From: Phoronis australis
Taxonomy: Eukaryota; Animalia; Phoronida
DNA length: 64,000 bases
Direction of reading: 5' to 3'
NCBI GenBank assembly: GCA_002633005.1
Contig: NMRA01000503.1
Span: forward strand, 248,001-312,000
Under the pieces are notes generated by a model. It ran no database searches and had not been told where the DNA came from. It saw nothing but the letters and a program-made list of their open reading frames with translations. Of the stretch, positions 1 to 34,033 are shown in pieces (the stretch's first letter is position 1; each line of letters begins with the position of its first letter). Both the position numbers and the translations under genes were made by a program.

Positions 1-44
1 AAACTGGTTCAGACGCCCATGACTACTCCTACATATTACGTTGA

Positions 45-810
45 AGAAAGCTCAGAAATTGTTTACAATAAGACAACATTGACCTCCACGCCTGATTTTG
101 GTATTGTTCGATCATTTTCATTCCAAAAATGTATGAATGTGTCCTCTACTGTGTTTCCTCACTATTTATCGTCAAAATTCTGTTCCCACTATTTCCCGGT
201 TGACACTACCACAATCACTCAACTCAATATTAAAGCGACACCTGTTGATAATGAAAGGAACAGCATAATCATTTCTGAATGGTGTTTGCCTGTGAGATTC
301 CCCCTTATGTTTTCTGAGATAACATGAAGCAATTAACAAGGGGCAGCATTTTTTCCAAAATTTTTAGAATTGTGATCATTCGCTGAACTGATACCCTTTT
401 CATAAATTTACACCACGAAAACAACCCCTTCTTCGTGTATTCTTGCTAGAGAATGCATACCAGGGTTACAATAGGAATTCGCATCCTTAGTCTTGGGATT
501 GTAGCTCGGGCCCGCGATCAACTGGTCTCGGTCAGTTTGAACTTATGAAGAGCGACGCCCTCCAGAATGTAGGTGTCAGTAAATTAGTTCAGTTCTTGGC
601 TGTTAGATGACTCCTTCCATTCAACATGGCGATATCACTACTGGGAAATAGTGCGAGCTGAAATTTGACGATAGTAAGAGGTCAAGGGAACGGGGTAGAA
701 GACTGTTTTGTGTATTTTTGGGAGACAACGATGTGAGGAATCGAACGATACCAAAATCATATGTGTAGGTCAATGTCGTCATGTTGTACACAATTACTGA
801 AAGCTCCCCC
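45..810. mobile_element. Degenerate foldback/MITE-like element with ~160-bp inverted arms (~45-210 and ~630-810)
   Basis: The arms are diverged reverse complements (ACATTGACCT..ACGCCTGATTTTGGTATTGTTCGAT vs ATCGAACGATACCAAAATCAT..AGGTCAATGT). Opposite-strand ORFs 19..327 and 621..854 share peptides (IVYN.TTLT...DFGIVR, SHYFPV). Confidence 0.65.
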
Positions 811-1279
811 TCTCGATCTCCAGACCACCCAGAAACTGTGCCTGTTGAAAACATTTCGACTTATTGTTTTGTCCGCACCACTTCATTTGCTTCCAGTTCC
901 TTGGTTAACTTTTCTTTGATGTACTCAGTACTGTATCCAGACATATTTTACGTGTTAAAAGTTCTACGCGAGAGAAGTTCTTCAAAACATAAATTTTCGG
1001 AGAAACGACTTTAGTTTCACTTTCAACAGCGTTCACCGGGCACCTGCTCTCCAATCAAGCTTTCCAAGGAGGCAACCATGTTATAGTTTGATTTACTTAA
1101 AACAGAAACAGCAAAACATTTTAAACAGGTTACATAAACTGATGAATTCGGTTTTCAATAACTTCTGTATTTCAATAAACTACATATCATTCGTTATTTC
1201 AATTATTTGAATCAAAACAACAAAACGTATCTTGTTCCATTTAGTCTAGTTCCATTTTTGTGAGCAAAAACTGTAGTGA

Positions 1280-1303
1280 ACGCATGCGTATTGTCGACTT
1301 CCG
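1280..1303 (+). promoter_or_regulatory. Housekeeping-type proximal promoter motifs of the SelO gene (NRF1-like CGCATGCG, ETS-like ACTTCCG)
   Basis: Both motifs lie within 50 bp upstream of the ATG; motif match only. Confidence 0.4.
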
Positions 1304-1328
1304 ACGTAAACATGAGTTGTGAGCTGGC

Positions 1329-6167
<4,839 letters not shown>

Positions 6168-6269
6168 AAAGGAGTGTGTGCCTTAAAAATGCAGAATTTG
6201 AATATTTCTGTGAATATATTATAGGGAGTATATCTAATGATATTTGACCTTGCCTGGGCTAGCTTGGTT

Positions 6270-6475
6270 ACCTAAAAATTACCACTGTCCCTGTTTCTCG
6301 AGATACCTTGACCTAAAAATACCACTGTCCCTGTTTCTCAAGATACCTTGACCTAAAAATACCACTGTCCCTGTTTCTCGAGATACCTTGACCTAAAAAT
6401 ACGACTGTCCCTGTTTCTCGAGATACCTTGACCTAAAAATACCACTGACTGTCCCTGTTTCTTGAGAAACCTTGA
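6270..6475. repeat. 40-bp tandem repeat, ~5 copies, just downstream of the SelO stop codon
   Basis: Unit CCTAAAAATACCACTGTCCCTGTTTCTCGAGATACCTTGA. Confidence 0.93.
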
Positions 6476-7585
6476 AATATCTCCAGTTTTGGACACAGTT
6501 AGGCAGACAAGTGAAATATTTATTTTCCCACTTTTTAATGTTATGCTGAGTGCTGTTTAGGTTATGTGACTATGGGCATTTGCAGTTGGTGCCTTTGCTG
6601 TTCACCCAGTCAAGTAATTTTACTGTAAACATGAATTAATGTTCTACTCTCTCTCTGTAAGTGAGGAATACGGCTACCGGTAGCTGTAATGCACTATGCT
6701 GAAGAATTCCACCTATAGTGGATATTTACTGAATTAGGAACTTGATGCAGTTTTTTAATAAGATAATAATTGATGTTTTCATATTATATTGATTTCTTAT
6801 CTCATAACAAGCAGAAGCTGCTTTCAGGCTCTTGGTGCACAGAAGAACTCAGTCCAAATAGGATTTTTCTGTCACTGATTGTTTCTTATTAAAAGACAAG
6901 TCTAAAGTTTTCCTTGTGCAATAATTTTTCTTTTTTGGGAATTTGTGGTGCCTGATCTTTGTAGCAGTGGATCTGGAATATTGTCAAGGGAGCCCAAGAA
7001 TGGCCAAAAATATGGGTTGCCTGAGATGGCCTCCATTACGACTATTGCATGTGAACAAGCAGAGGTCTGGACTCCTCATGATGCATGCCTGCTGTGTGTG
7101 TCTGACTGCTGCCAGTGTATCATGCATGCATACACTCTAGTTTGCCTCAATGCATAAGCCAGTATTTGAAGCTAATCTTTATAAAAAATTAGGTTGTCCA
7201 CCTGGAAATTTTAGTCTTGACCTGGTTCCACTGTTATGTAAATGTAAATTTAAATCATTGTGTTAGTTATTGAAACTAGTAAGAGTTACTGAGTAGTAAC
7301 CGCAAAAATCTAGTATTTCAATGTGCAATTTTCATTGGTGTACTTGTTACTATTTTGAGAAATAAATGTTTTTAAAATATACTTTTATTTATCATTTTGT
7401 CTCAGACAACAAGCTCTTTTCACATTCTCAGTAGAGGGAAGGCTGTTGGATGGCCTGAAAGTTTTCATTAAGTAAATTTTTTTTCTAATCTGGGCATTTG
7501 TGATTTATATGCTTTTGGTTAAAATTTATCAATCCTGTCCGTATATGCACACACACTCACACACACTTGTGTCAGTGAATTTTTT

Positions 7586-7800
7586 GCTTGGAAGGGGTAA
7601 CTGGTCCTGCATAGTGGCTTAGAATTTTGTGGATCATTGTAAATCGTGGATGTCATTCACACATAAGAAGCCTTTCTGAAATTGACATGCGTGGTCTGTG
7701 AAAGCAGTTCTTTATGAACTCTGCTCTTAGTCACATAACTGTCCCAGTTGGACTGTGTAACTAAATACAGATTAACAAAGAGTCTATGGTCCTGGCTGAG
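7586..7800. repeat. Dispersed repeat, copy 1 (inverted copy at ~11750-11957)
   Basis: ACTGTCCCAGTTGGACTGTGTAACTAAA and TATGGTCCTGGCTGAG have reverse-complement matches at 11750-11815; similarity extends over ~210 bp. Confidence 0.8.
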
Positions 7801-8973
7801 AAGAAAACTGTTTTATTATTTCCTTTGAATTCTGAATACCTGAGCCCAGAATGTGAATGCGTGCCTACATTTGCCGGGATCCAGTGTCCTTCTCCAAAGG
7901 CAATGCACTTACCAGCTTAGTCTTGATAGCGATTGCAGAGATAACTCATTCTGTTACTAATTTAAAGTAGTAAGACTGATACTGTACAGTTAAGACATGC
8001 ACCAGTGAACGGGACACCTTTCTGCACTTACAGAAAAGTCTCGGGGATATTCTGGTATTTCTGTACGGGAAACAATACGAAAATGACTGGAGAACATTGT
8101 TTTGAAGAAATCAAGTTTCATATACATATAGGGGTGGTATACAGTGTGTTTTTATTTTTGTACGTTCAGTGGTTCAGAGATAGATATCAAATAAATTGAA
8201 ATTAAAATAATCTTTCTATTAAGACCCAGTAGAGAGAGAAGAAAAGGAGAGTTTATTTGATTAGAAATATATTCCACTCGGCAATTGATTCGGTCACAGC
8301 AACACTGACTCCAAAGAACAACCACTCCGAAAAAACAATATTCTGAAAAAAATCACACCTCCCTCCAAATATGAACCCATTTGTTTCATTTAATCACAGT
8401 AATATGATACCGGTACACTTTCTTTTGGTCAACTTCAAGGTATATACCTTACAAGAGTCGTTAACTCTAAAAAAGAGTAGAAACGTCAGAAACCAGCCGT
8501 AGTGGATTTCAGTGTCGAAATTTTAATTTTTTGCGCGGGCATTTTGATTCTAAGTAAGAAATTAATAATCCATTCCAGTGAAAGTGTGAGAAAGTTTATG
8601 AAGGCCGAGTTTGACTTGGAACATTTCGAGAAAATGTTCCCAGTTTTCTATGTTCCGCCAACCTCTCGCTCTCGTTTGTTTCTTAGAGGCATAGCTTTGT
8701 TTATTACCCTGTACACCAAAGTACACAATTTCGTTTTCAACTGGAAATCAAAATTATTTATAAACTTTAACACTGTTTTAACTGATGTTAAAGGCTTCGA
8801 TATATTGTTAAACTTGATATCAACTACCATCCGTCTAATACGACGAATGGAAAAGATTTCCGAATGTCGAAAGTCTACGTGTCAATACACATGCCTAGAG
8901 TTGCCGGAAAATATCGGAAAGCCACTTTTAGGGGACTTTCAGTTCAAAGTATTTTTTTTTTAATAATGTTTTT

Positions 8974-9217
8974 CATGCGCGCACCCAGGGGGAGGGGGGG
9001 CTCGGGGACTCAAATGAGTCCCCCATTTGGTGAAGTGGACAAAAAGGTCCGCCTCAGAGAAACAAAAAGTCCGAGAAAACGAGACAAAAGTCCACTGAAA
9101 AGGCAGACGCAAAGTGAAGGTGGTACCCCATTTTTAGTCCTCCCGCTTTTTTGTAAGCAAAAGGTCCACATCGCCAAAAATTCGAGCCTCCCATATTAAA
9201 GGCTGGGTGTTCGCATA
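8974..9217 (+). mobile_element. MITE family A (TIR CATGCGCGCACCCAG), copy 1
   Basis: Terminal inverted repeats plus a shared core (CCCCATTTGG.GAAGTG..CAAAAA.GTCC, GAGAAAACGAGACAAA, GTGGTACC) seen in four copies in the window. Confidence 0.8.
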
Positions 9218-10404
9218 TTTTAGATGAATATCAAATATGTATATGGTTTTATTATTTTTTTGAAAATTGGTTTACGATAGTTTTCGAGTCAAAAATAACA
9301 GAAAATCGTTGTTAGTAGTGATTTTTGGAATAATGGGCCTTCGGATTAGTGTATTTTTCGGAAGGGCATACCCGTCACAAGTGCAAGCACAAGCCTAAAT
9401 GCGCGTCAATAGCCTATCATCATTCAATTCTTGTGTTGCCTAGCAATAACGAAACAGATCTTCCGATTCTCAGTTTTCTGTGTTACTTCAGTATAAAAAA
9501 TAGACGTGAATCAGTCGGCTACCGGGAATTTCGGAAAGTAGGCAAACCAGTCATGTGGGCGTGTTTTCGGAAAATTTCCCGAAACTATCCCATGGGCGTA
9601 TTAACCGGTAAGTGTTTGGGATGTGTTTTGAAAAATCTGATAAATGATTCTTCTGATACATGTATGTTGATGTAAAATTTTGATTTTTGCAGACTTACAT
9701 CGTGATTTCACTCAAATGACTATCATTAAACGAGATATCTTGAGTGACATTATTGGTCACTACGTGACACCATTGTGACGCTAATGAGCTATTTAATTCA
9801 TTGGGACATTCAGTCACTGAACAGTGTTGTGAGAGAATCACTTTGAAACTCCATCATGAAATGTTTGATAGTTTCCGAGAACAAGCCCTCCTTTCTGAAA
9901 ATACGCCCGGGCCTATATTCGGTTGCATTTGTTCTTTTTGAAAGTTCGTTTTCAAAACCATATCCCGGCGCCCATAGCTCTGTTCAAAGACGTTAACTTT
10001 CTACGCCCGACGGTATTTTTTCTGTTTTCGCAAAATTCAGTCCCGGAACTTGCCCAAGAAAAGTCATATTAGTCTCCTGCACAGACCCTCGAGCAATCCG
10101 TGACGTCACTTGTGAGGCCCGGGAACCAGGGCCCGGTCTCTAATCTTTGTACTCGAAACGAACTCGAAACTATTTTTGGCAATTTCTCTGCTCCTTTTGT
10201 GCGAACTTAAGATAATTGGTTATCAGACTGAGCTCGAATACATTATAGTTGATGCATAGGAGTTTCTAGTTCAAGTTTGCCCTTGAAGACCCTTATATTC
10301 GTGCTACAAACTCGAGTAAAAACTCGAAATTTCGAGTTCAAACTCGAACTTATTGCTTTAATATTGGGTTTACAAACTGTGAACTAAGGGCAATAAATTA
10401 TCTA

Positions 10405-10498
10405 NNNNNNNNNNNNNNNNNNNNNNNNNNNNNNNNNNNNNNNNNNNNNNNNNNNNNNNNNNNNNNNNNNNNNNNNNNNNNNNNNNNNNNNNNNNNNN
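10405..10498. other. Assembly gap (run of N)
   Basis: 94 consecutive N. Confidence 0.99.
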
Positions 10499-10668
10499 TT
10501 AGTAAAATCTACTGATTTTTAAGTGGTTTTAAAAAACAATCGGTAAACTCACCGATTTTTGTCTCATTACTTTGATACGTGTCTCTTCCGATAAGTTAGT
10601 ACCTAACGTGCAGACGAGAACTCCAAATTGGAACGCTAAGTCCCGCGTGGTTGCGCTGCACGCGAAAC

Positions 10669-10705
10669 AAGATGGCGGACGAACTTTGGAGCCTGACGAA
10701 AACAG
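10669..10705 (+). promoter_or_regulatory. Probable first (5' UTR) exon end of MAPK7, containing a YY1-type AAGATGGCGG motif
   Basis: CpG-rich patch with CAAGATGGCGG followed by a donor ACAG|GTAAC after 10705; a CAGCAG acceptor (12247-12252) sits just upstream of the kinase ATG. Confidence 0.55.
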
Positions 10706-11749
10706 GTAACCGGACGATACAGTTAGACAGTAGGCCTACCACCGTCTCAACTGGACCCAGTAGAGACGGTGGCCATCCCATAGGACCGTCAGCTTTTCGT
10801 CAAATTATACCTCACATTAATTAAACCATCAAAGACATGTTGCGCTAAGTTGCATTATAAATGGACACATCTTTAGCCGCTGATGTCTTACTCTTCTCAG
10901 CTTGAACGAATACAACCACAATCAAACCTTTTTTGGTCACTCAGCCCTTCGTTCAGTTGCCCAAATTAGTAATTGGCCATTTTTACACTGCTCTTACCAG
11001 GAAGTATGACGTCATGGTCCCTGGGACAGAGCCGGGCACCTTGCGTGAATGCAAATAAAATGACACGTCGTGACAAGTCAACTTGTAAAGCCTGGTCTCG
11101 AGTTCAACTACAAACTGTCAGTTCTCCCCTATCGCAGAAATCTCACCTATTTTGATTAAGGAACAATTTGAGATCAATTTTATATAGTTAAGACATAGTC
11201 AACAATTGTTTTTTGTGTCAGAAGGCTGGTTTATTGCTAATTGTGGTCTTGATTTGAATCTTGAAAAGAATTTGTAGTGGTTGGAGTATTTAACAATTAA
11301 CATAAGCTGAAACATTGACTTCTATAAGTCCGTGAGAATGTGAAGGTGTAGGTGGTTTTCATAGGGATTCCTTTGCTTATAAAATGTGCTTAAAACACTG
11401 TGTTCTGTGGGGGAATTCAAGCTAAGACACAATATAATGACATTGAACAGTTTTCTGTGTATGTACAAGGTATAAGGAACTCGGCTTCCTTCTACAGTTC
11501 AACATATGGCTTATCCTCATTCTTTGCTGTTGGGAGAATACAGTCAACTTTGCATAATATAGTCAGTGTTTTATGTTTTGACTTAAAGTGTTAAAGAAGG
11601 CTGTATATGAAATACCAAGGCACTGTTCATTTGTTATTCTAATACTTAGCTGTTCTGATATTCATCTTTATTCATAAAAGCAACACATTCTGTGCTCATC
11701 TATTCACGAATCCACAAGAGATAAGTCCAGAGATAATTAAACAAACCGT

Positions 11750-11957
11750 CTCAGCCAGGACCATAAACCCTTTGTTAAGGTGTGTTTAGTTACACAGTCC
11801 AACTGGGACAGTTGTGTACTAAGATCAGAGTTCACAAAAAGAACTGCTTTCACTCTGTGCATTTCAATTTCAGGCCTATTATGTGTCGACTACACCCATG
11901 ATTTACAATGATCCCAAAAATTCTAAGACTATCACAGACTAGTTACCCCCTCCAAGC
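11750..11957. repeat. Dispersed repeat, copy 2 (reverse complement of ~7586-7800)
   Basis: CTCAGCCAGGACCATA...TTTAGTTACACAGTCCAACTGGGACAGT...AGTTACCCCCTCCAAGC. Confidence 0.8.
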
Positions 11958-12231
11958 CCAAAATGACAGTTTGTGACAGAAAGGATAAGGTCAAGTGCTG
12001 AATTGCTTCACAGTTTGGTAGTTATCCTAAAATGCTTAGTTTAGTTTAGTATTGCTGAACTTCAGTCAATTGAACATTTTGCAGCACCTCAGCTAAAATG
12101 CTTTGTTCACATGCACTGTTGAAGCTACCAGTTTTTACAGATTTCTGGTTGAACACAGACTGTTAGTAGAATTCAAAGCTTTACTAGTAGGCTTCAAGTT
12201 GTGTGCAACAAGTTTTATCATGGATTTATGA

Positions 12232-27919
<15,688 letters not shown>

Positions 27920-29779
27920 TTTTGTCGTTGAAAAAATGATTAGAGGAGTTATCCCCTGACCCTAGCGATATTAATTTTATGACGAACTAAACTTAGTTTA
28001 GCTTCATGAAAGATTTTTTTGAGAAAAGATATTAAGATTCTGTTACCTTTAGTTAAACGCATCATTTTTTAACTGTTTACAGTCTTCCTATAGTATTTTG
28101 AAAAATGTCAACTTGTGCTCTGTGTGTTTTCGGCCCAAAGATTTAAAATAAGTGCAAAAGCGATCTGAAAGAAAATATCCAGTCAGCTAAACTTGACCCA
28201 AAGCAAGTACAACTTATTGATTTAGAAAGGGATCCACTTTCCTTTACCAGACTTTAAATATGCTAAACTGAGCTAAGTACCTTTTAGATTGTCATACTAC
28301 ATGGATTTTTGTAAATATTCTTTTTAAGACTTGAGATCGTGTTGATCTTGTAAGAAATGCATTTTATTGCTTTCATTGAGTCTTGAATGAGCAGTTCTGA
28401 TGAACTTGCCACTATTGTTGACTAAACTATTGTAGTGCCACCTTGTGGTGGTCATCAGTTCTAAGATGTTTTAAGTAGTATATTCATGTTGATAAAGAAC
28501 TAGAGTCTTGTTGATTTTGTTATATTTTTTTTTGATTCATAAAAGTGACTCCGTTCACCACTAAAGGGTTGCATTGCTTTAAATATGTTCTAAAATTGCT
28601 TAGTTTTAACTGATGAAATCTTTTGTTTTTGAAATTCTTTGTGAGCATAGATACATACCAGGTTCATGGAAATAGCACCGGGATGTTTGTAGTCACAGAA
28701 ACCATTTTTTCTTAAAAAGTTGTGTTTTTATGGAACTTGCTGCAACTTCTGGAATTGGAATCCATAAACGTGAACATTTGTGCACAATAATTGCTAATAC
28801 ACATCAAGGATTTTCTTTTAAGGCCTTTTTGCCAGGGATCTGAGCTGTCATATGTTTTTGTGGTATGTTAAATCTTCAAATTTGAAAGCCAAGTTCTTGG
28901 GCCAAAAGGTCGTCTAAGAATATCCTGTGCACACTTTTGTAGGTAATAGAATTGAATAAACAAAACGTGTATGAAAAATTACATACCGTGAAGTTGCGTG
29001 GAGCTCTGTAACGACAATTTGTAGAAAAAAAACAAATGTCTAGGCACTGTTTCTGGTGTACCAAGTATGTTTCTTTTTTCATCAAGAATTTTAAAAATAT
29101 GGTTTCATGGGTTGAAACTGTTACTGAATAAAAATGTAACCCTTGGCCATCATTGAACTTCACCTTTTTAAATCCTATTTCGGGGTGTTTCTGAAGTCCA
29201 TCAATCTGCCTGAATAACTCTTACCTTGTGTGAATGGTGAATTCCAACTGGTCTTTTTGTGACCAAGATGTTGCTACAGTCTTTACAGGACACAGTCATG
29301 TTAGTCAATATGGCGTCATTTAGTAGATTGTTCTCTGTACTGCTAAGCAAGAATTTTAGTTCCATTTACCCTTCTACCTCTTTTATTTACAAAACGGTGA
29401 ACATTTGTTGTTTATTCTAGTAATTTGTACTCTTGGTGTAACCAGATGTTATTTTGATTTTGCACGTGTTAATGTCTCTTTCCCACTAATACCATAACTT
29501 CTCTGTTTGGAGGTGTTGTGGTTGGTGTGAAAGCATAAATCTCCGACTTAAAAACGGATATTGTCGTTTTTCGTGGCTGAATAACCAAAACACTTTTGGG
29601 GATTATTGTTGTGTGGGACTTATTAAGTTTTTAGCTTTGACCAGAGCTACAAACAATAAACTCTCTTGCTTTTTGGGATTTCATTACAAATTGACAATTC
29701 TTGCTGTTGTGTGTTAGACATTGGCTGAAATCGAAGCTGGTTGCACTACCTTTTTAATAGGGTTAAGATACTTACTGAA

Positions 29780-29852
29780 TGAGATTTAGTTCAGTCAGTA
29801 AAAGTTGTTTGCCTGCCATGCGAGAATTTCTGGTTCGATTCCATGCTTAAGC
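29780..29852 (+). pseudogene. Degenerate tRNA-like sequence (tRNA-Gly-GCC-like pseudogene or tRNA-derived SINE head)
   Basis: A-box-like TAGTTCAGTCAGTA, anticodon-arm-like TTTGCCTGCCATGCGAG and B box GGTTCGATTCC at tRNA spacing; the acceptor stem does not pair well. Confidence 0.5.
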
Positions 29853-31849
29853 TGATCTGGGATAAAAGATTTTCCTCGCCAATAATGTCACTTTAAACTG
29901 CCATGTTAACTTTTCAAAAATAGCTGGGTTAAAATGCGGAGTTGCAGTTAATACAGATAATTATGGTTCCTAGAGACTTTGACATATACATGCTGGTATT
30001 CGATGGAGAGCGCGAATCAACTGCGCCATCGTGTGTGTAATCGGAAAACTAACAACTCTGTTTCCTCAGAGCTGGGTGGGAACTGCCTATCCTACTTTTT
30101 CCTATTCTTTATGGAAAGTTGTTGGGAGGCCCGTATATCCTGTGTTGACGTTTTGTAGTCTTCAGATGAACTTTCGGAAAACTTGTATTTTACAGATTGT
30201 ATCAGGGACTGAATAAAGTTGGTAGACTGTTATAGTTTTAAAAGGACACTAAACCCTCGAGGATTTACACCAAACCACGTTCTGTCACCTGTTAAAGCCT
30301 CATTGGCGTCAATCTTTCAAGTTAAACGCAGGAATCAATTAAAATTTCATACTCCCTGTGTCACAGATTGAACATTGTGGTTCTTGGTGGGTGGTCTATT
30401 CCCACAGTCGTGTATTATTCGCTGAAAGCGTAGGTCACGCTTGGTGTTTTAAAGCAGACTTTGAAAGGAGTTATCAATTTTCCTCCAAACTTTTTGAGAA
30501 TTGTGGGGGGGTTAATTGGCCAAAACTGGGTTTGGTATCCTTTTAAAGAATGCATATTTGCCTAATTATGTGAACTGTTAATTGTGGATAATTGTTGTTA
30601 AATTATTGCCGTCAAATAAATGTCAAACGAATAATTGCTTTGTCTGTTGTATAATTATATAATGGTATGTGGTTAGTCATGCAAATTGTCTGCTCAAACA
30701 AACCAGGGTCGATCGTTTTATTACTGGGTAATTATTCCAATGGGCGCCCAAAGCAAGTTAATTGCCTTCGAAAAAAATGACTGTTTGAAAAAAGTTACGC
30801 CACAAACTATAAAGACAGGAAATGTTCATTTAACATGAAATAATCATACATGTGGGTGCATTTCAGTTAAAACTAAGTTGCCGATTTTAGAACTTTAGAA
30901 ATATTTAATTCACTTGGTTTTTAATTCCAAGAGCTGCAAAGCCACGCCATCACACAGTTTTTTTGAAAAATTTTGGACGAGAGTAAAATGAACCTGAAAT
31001 AATAAAAAACGTACAGCAGTGCGACTAAGGTTTGGCAAGTACGACTGGCATGACGTTTTGTCAACTTGAAGGTCGTGAAGTTGGGCGGGGTAGCATCTTG
31101 AGCTGAATGATCGAAAAAGAAAACATCAAATTTTACTCAAACTCTGATACCAACTTCTGAAAGTGTGGATCTGTTATATTTAGTTATCTCTTAAATGATA
31201 CTAAACCCTGTTTTGGAGATTTCACCAAAATCTGGTTCTTTCACTTGCTGATGTACCATTAGTACATTCCCTGAGTGATAAGTATTTTTCGACCAAAGAC
31301 AATGTCCCACTGTATCATAACTTGAATTTTGTGTTTTGAGATAGACGGTCTTTCCTCACAGTGGTCATGTAACTCGCCTGAAGCGTTAGTCACGGTTATC
31401 TTTTTAACAGACTTAGTGAGATTTTCAAACTTGTACCAAACTTGGGAGTATAATGGCAACGTCAACAGGGCATTATTTCATTCTAAAGATTTAAATTCAC
31501 AAGTCCTTTACGATATCTGCTAATAGTCCAAACCCGGGTTTAATATACTTTTAATTGGCTTACACTGACGTATATCGCCATACACCAGTTTCTTTAAAGA
31601 TGCTGTGAGCCCACGTTCATGGCGTCAAAGAAACAAACTTTTGATTTAGAATACTGACCATTATAAATCTCGTGTTAACGTATAATTGTTCCTTAATTGC
31701 ACACGTTTGAAAAGAACTGACACTTCGTCATTGTTTGAGACCAAGCTCGGCGCACCATGACCCGCCACGTATCCCGGCCAGCAATTTTATCACATACAGT
31801 ACAAAAACAACAACAATATTTCCGTGGTCACAAATCGTAATTGTAGCCT

Positions 31850-34033
31850 TTACAAGCTAAGCTTTTGATATTGTTGATAATTTAGATATAAAAGAAATCC
31901 GTTGATGACATATGTTCCTATGCACACAAGGCAGAAGTCTTTGAGTTTGACGAACAGTATATAAGCCAGGTAGATGGAACCGATGATTGACAAGACAGAC
32001 ATATAATATCGCAGGTAAACGGCGAGTGGGTGTGAAACCATACCTGTAGAAGATGAAAACTTGTTATTAGAGAACTTGCAAGAATTCATTTAATTAATTG
32101 CTCTACAGCGACGAATAACAATGCAGCGTCGGGTGTCTCATAGTATTATTAATGCAACTGAGTACCTACAATTTATTTCATTTGACTAACCTATGGTCTT
32201 GATTTTTTGCTCATCAAAATATTCTGTTTCAAATAGACTAAAGATTACAGTGAACTTAGTTTTCGATTATATGATGACCGGAACATGAGCCTACATTTTC
32301 CTGCACTTTCGTTAATTTAAACAGTCAGCAGATCTTGAACTGAAGAAATGTTACCTAGTAAAATATTTGCAGAAGCTACAACGTAACATACTGTGTACTA
32401 CTGTAAGCATGGGTTAGACGGAATCCATTCAGTGTCGGAGACAAAAACTTACCAAGAAGAAGCATACTACTGTAGAAGATAATCCCAATGATGCTGTTTG
32501 GTTGGTTCATTACGTTTTTCTCCCCAAATAAGTATCGTGCCACTCCAAAACCGTTGCTGTATCTTCAATCAAAGGGTAAAGTAAAAACGTTGATGTATGC
32601 GTTATATAGCAAACGATATTTTCACTCGGTACAGCTATTGGTGGTAACAGTGCTCCATTGTGTAGAAGTAAGAATCTCGCGAAAACCCAAGATGACGCAA
32701 GAAATTGTTATAAATTTCAGAAGAAGAATGTGCTCCCACTAGCATTTCTCGTGTGTTTCTTGCGTCTACGGTACGCAACCCAGTGCCTGGTTGCACTAAA
32801 ACAGTCCCAAATAGGGACTCAACTAAGGTCCCTAAATCTTTTACAAATTTGTGTCGTTCTTTACTCACAGATATAACCTTTTTCTATCATTTTATCTTTA
32901 TAATGAGCTACTCTTTGACTAATGACATTTTCTAACAGTATAACTAAAATCTGAGTCCTTAATTCAATGAAAATAAATAGGGATTTAGTCCTTAAATTAA
33001 GGGCTTTACGTGAAAAGATCCCTACTTATTTTCAACAATAATATTATTGAGAATTCAACATAAAATTCACTCGACTCGCTTAGCATCAAAGCCAAGAATT
33101 GGCTTAGTCATGGGACTAAAACAGCATAAGAAAGGACTATCAGTGTTTTCACAAGTCCACAAATACGCATCAGATTTAGGGACCTTAGTTGAGTCCCCAT
33201 TTGGCACCGTTTCATGCAACCGGGCACAGAACGCCACTATGCAGCTTCAAAACGTGCAGGACGATAAACGTAGTGCGTCACTGGACTTTGCCGTTTGGGG
33301 AGGAGGGGGCAAATGATAGTTTTGCCCAATTTGCTCCTGCTTTGAACGAAATATTTCTTACTAGCTAGATTGTTTGCATTTTTCACAATATTTGCCCGAG
33401 TCTAGGGTCAATTATACTCACTGCTTACTACACTACTTACATCAGTGCTTATAAAGCATTTGAGTCAAAATTTTGGCTTCTAACATTGAACACCGGCTAT
33501 AGGATTGGGTACATAACAGACGCTAAAGTATCGATAAACATGAGAAAATGACGGGAAATGACTGACTGGGATACCGATGGAAGCCTAGTAGGCTATTATA
33601 GTAGATCGAGAGCAATGTTGACACCATTGTTGAGCAATGATTACAGCTAAATCAACGAATCCTAAATTTTGAGATCGGTCTGGGAATTTATATAATCTTC
33701 GAAAAGTGTCGTTTGTGAAACGTTCCAAGAATATTACTTATGCAATCTCTTTCGATCTCTGATCAGAAGCCAGTGCTTGAACACACCAGTAGCCTACCCC
33801 TTGTTAAGCTTGTGAAACAAGTACAGTTTGATCGACGATACACGGTGCAATGACAGCTGCATACAGGTAAACACTTACTCCGACGTCAACACTCTTGAGC
33901 AACTCATGTGTTCGTTGAAATCACAGGCGGCGACATATGCTGGGTCCTTGGTTTTTCTCACTTTCACGTAGACGGAGTAAGAGGAGACGAAAATACCCAA
34001 GGCACAAATAACCGTATGGTTCTCTACGACCAT
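31850..34033 (-). CDS. VKORC1: Vitamin K epoxide reductase (VKORC1/VKORC1L1 family); exons 34033-33879, 32562-32453, 32043-31850; 152 aa
   Basis: Manual translation: [24 protein letters not shown]...[20 protein letters not shown] / YSNGFGV...[12 protein letters not shown] / ...[27 protein letters not shown]. Loop Cys pair, SRV motif, NQPNS and the active-site CXXC (CLVC) followed by TY are present. Three exons, total 459 nt. The single invertebrate gene cannot be assigned between VKORC1 and VKORC1L1. Confidence 0.93.
32781..33229. mobile_element. MITE with ~60-bp imperfect TIRs in VKOR intron 1
   Basis: GTGCCTGGTTGCA...GGGACTCAACTAAGGTCCCTAAATCT vs AGATTTAGGGACCTTAGTTGAGTCCC...TGCAACCGGGCAC. 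Confidence 0.8.

Noticed and set aside
6168-7400. SECIS element for the SelO gene
   Set aside because: The ATGA candidates inspected (e.g. ~6237, ~6631, ~7078) lack a properly spaced stem, apical AA and GA quartet; the gene encodes Cys at the Sec site.
8502-9675. ORFs of 108-153 aa between SelO and MAPK7
   Set aside because: Non-ATG starts or overlap with a MITE, no recognisable domain and no coherent splice structure.
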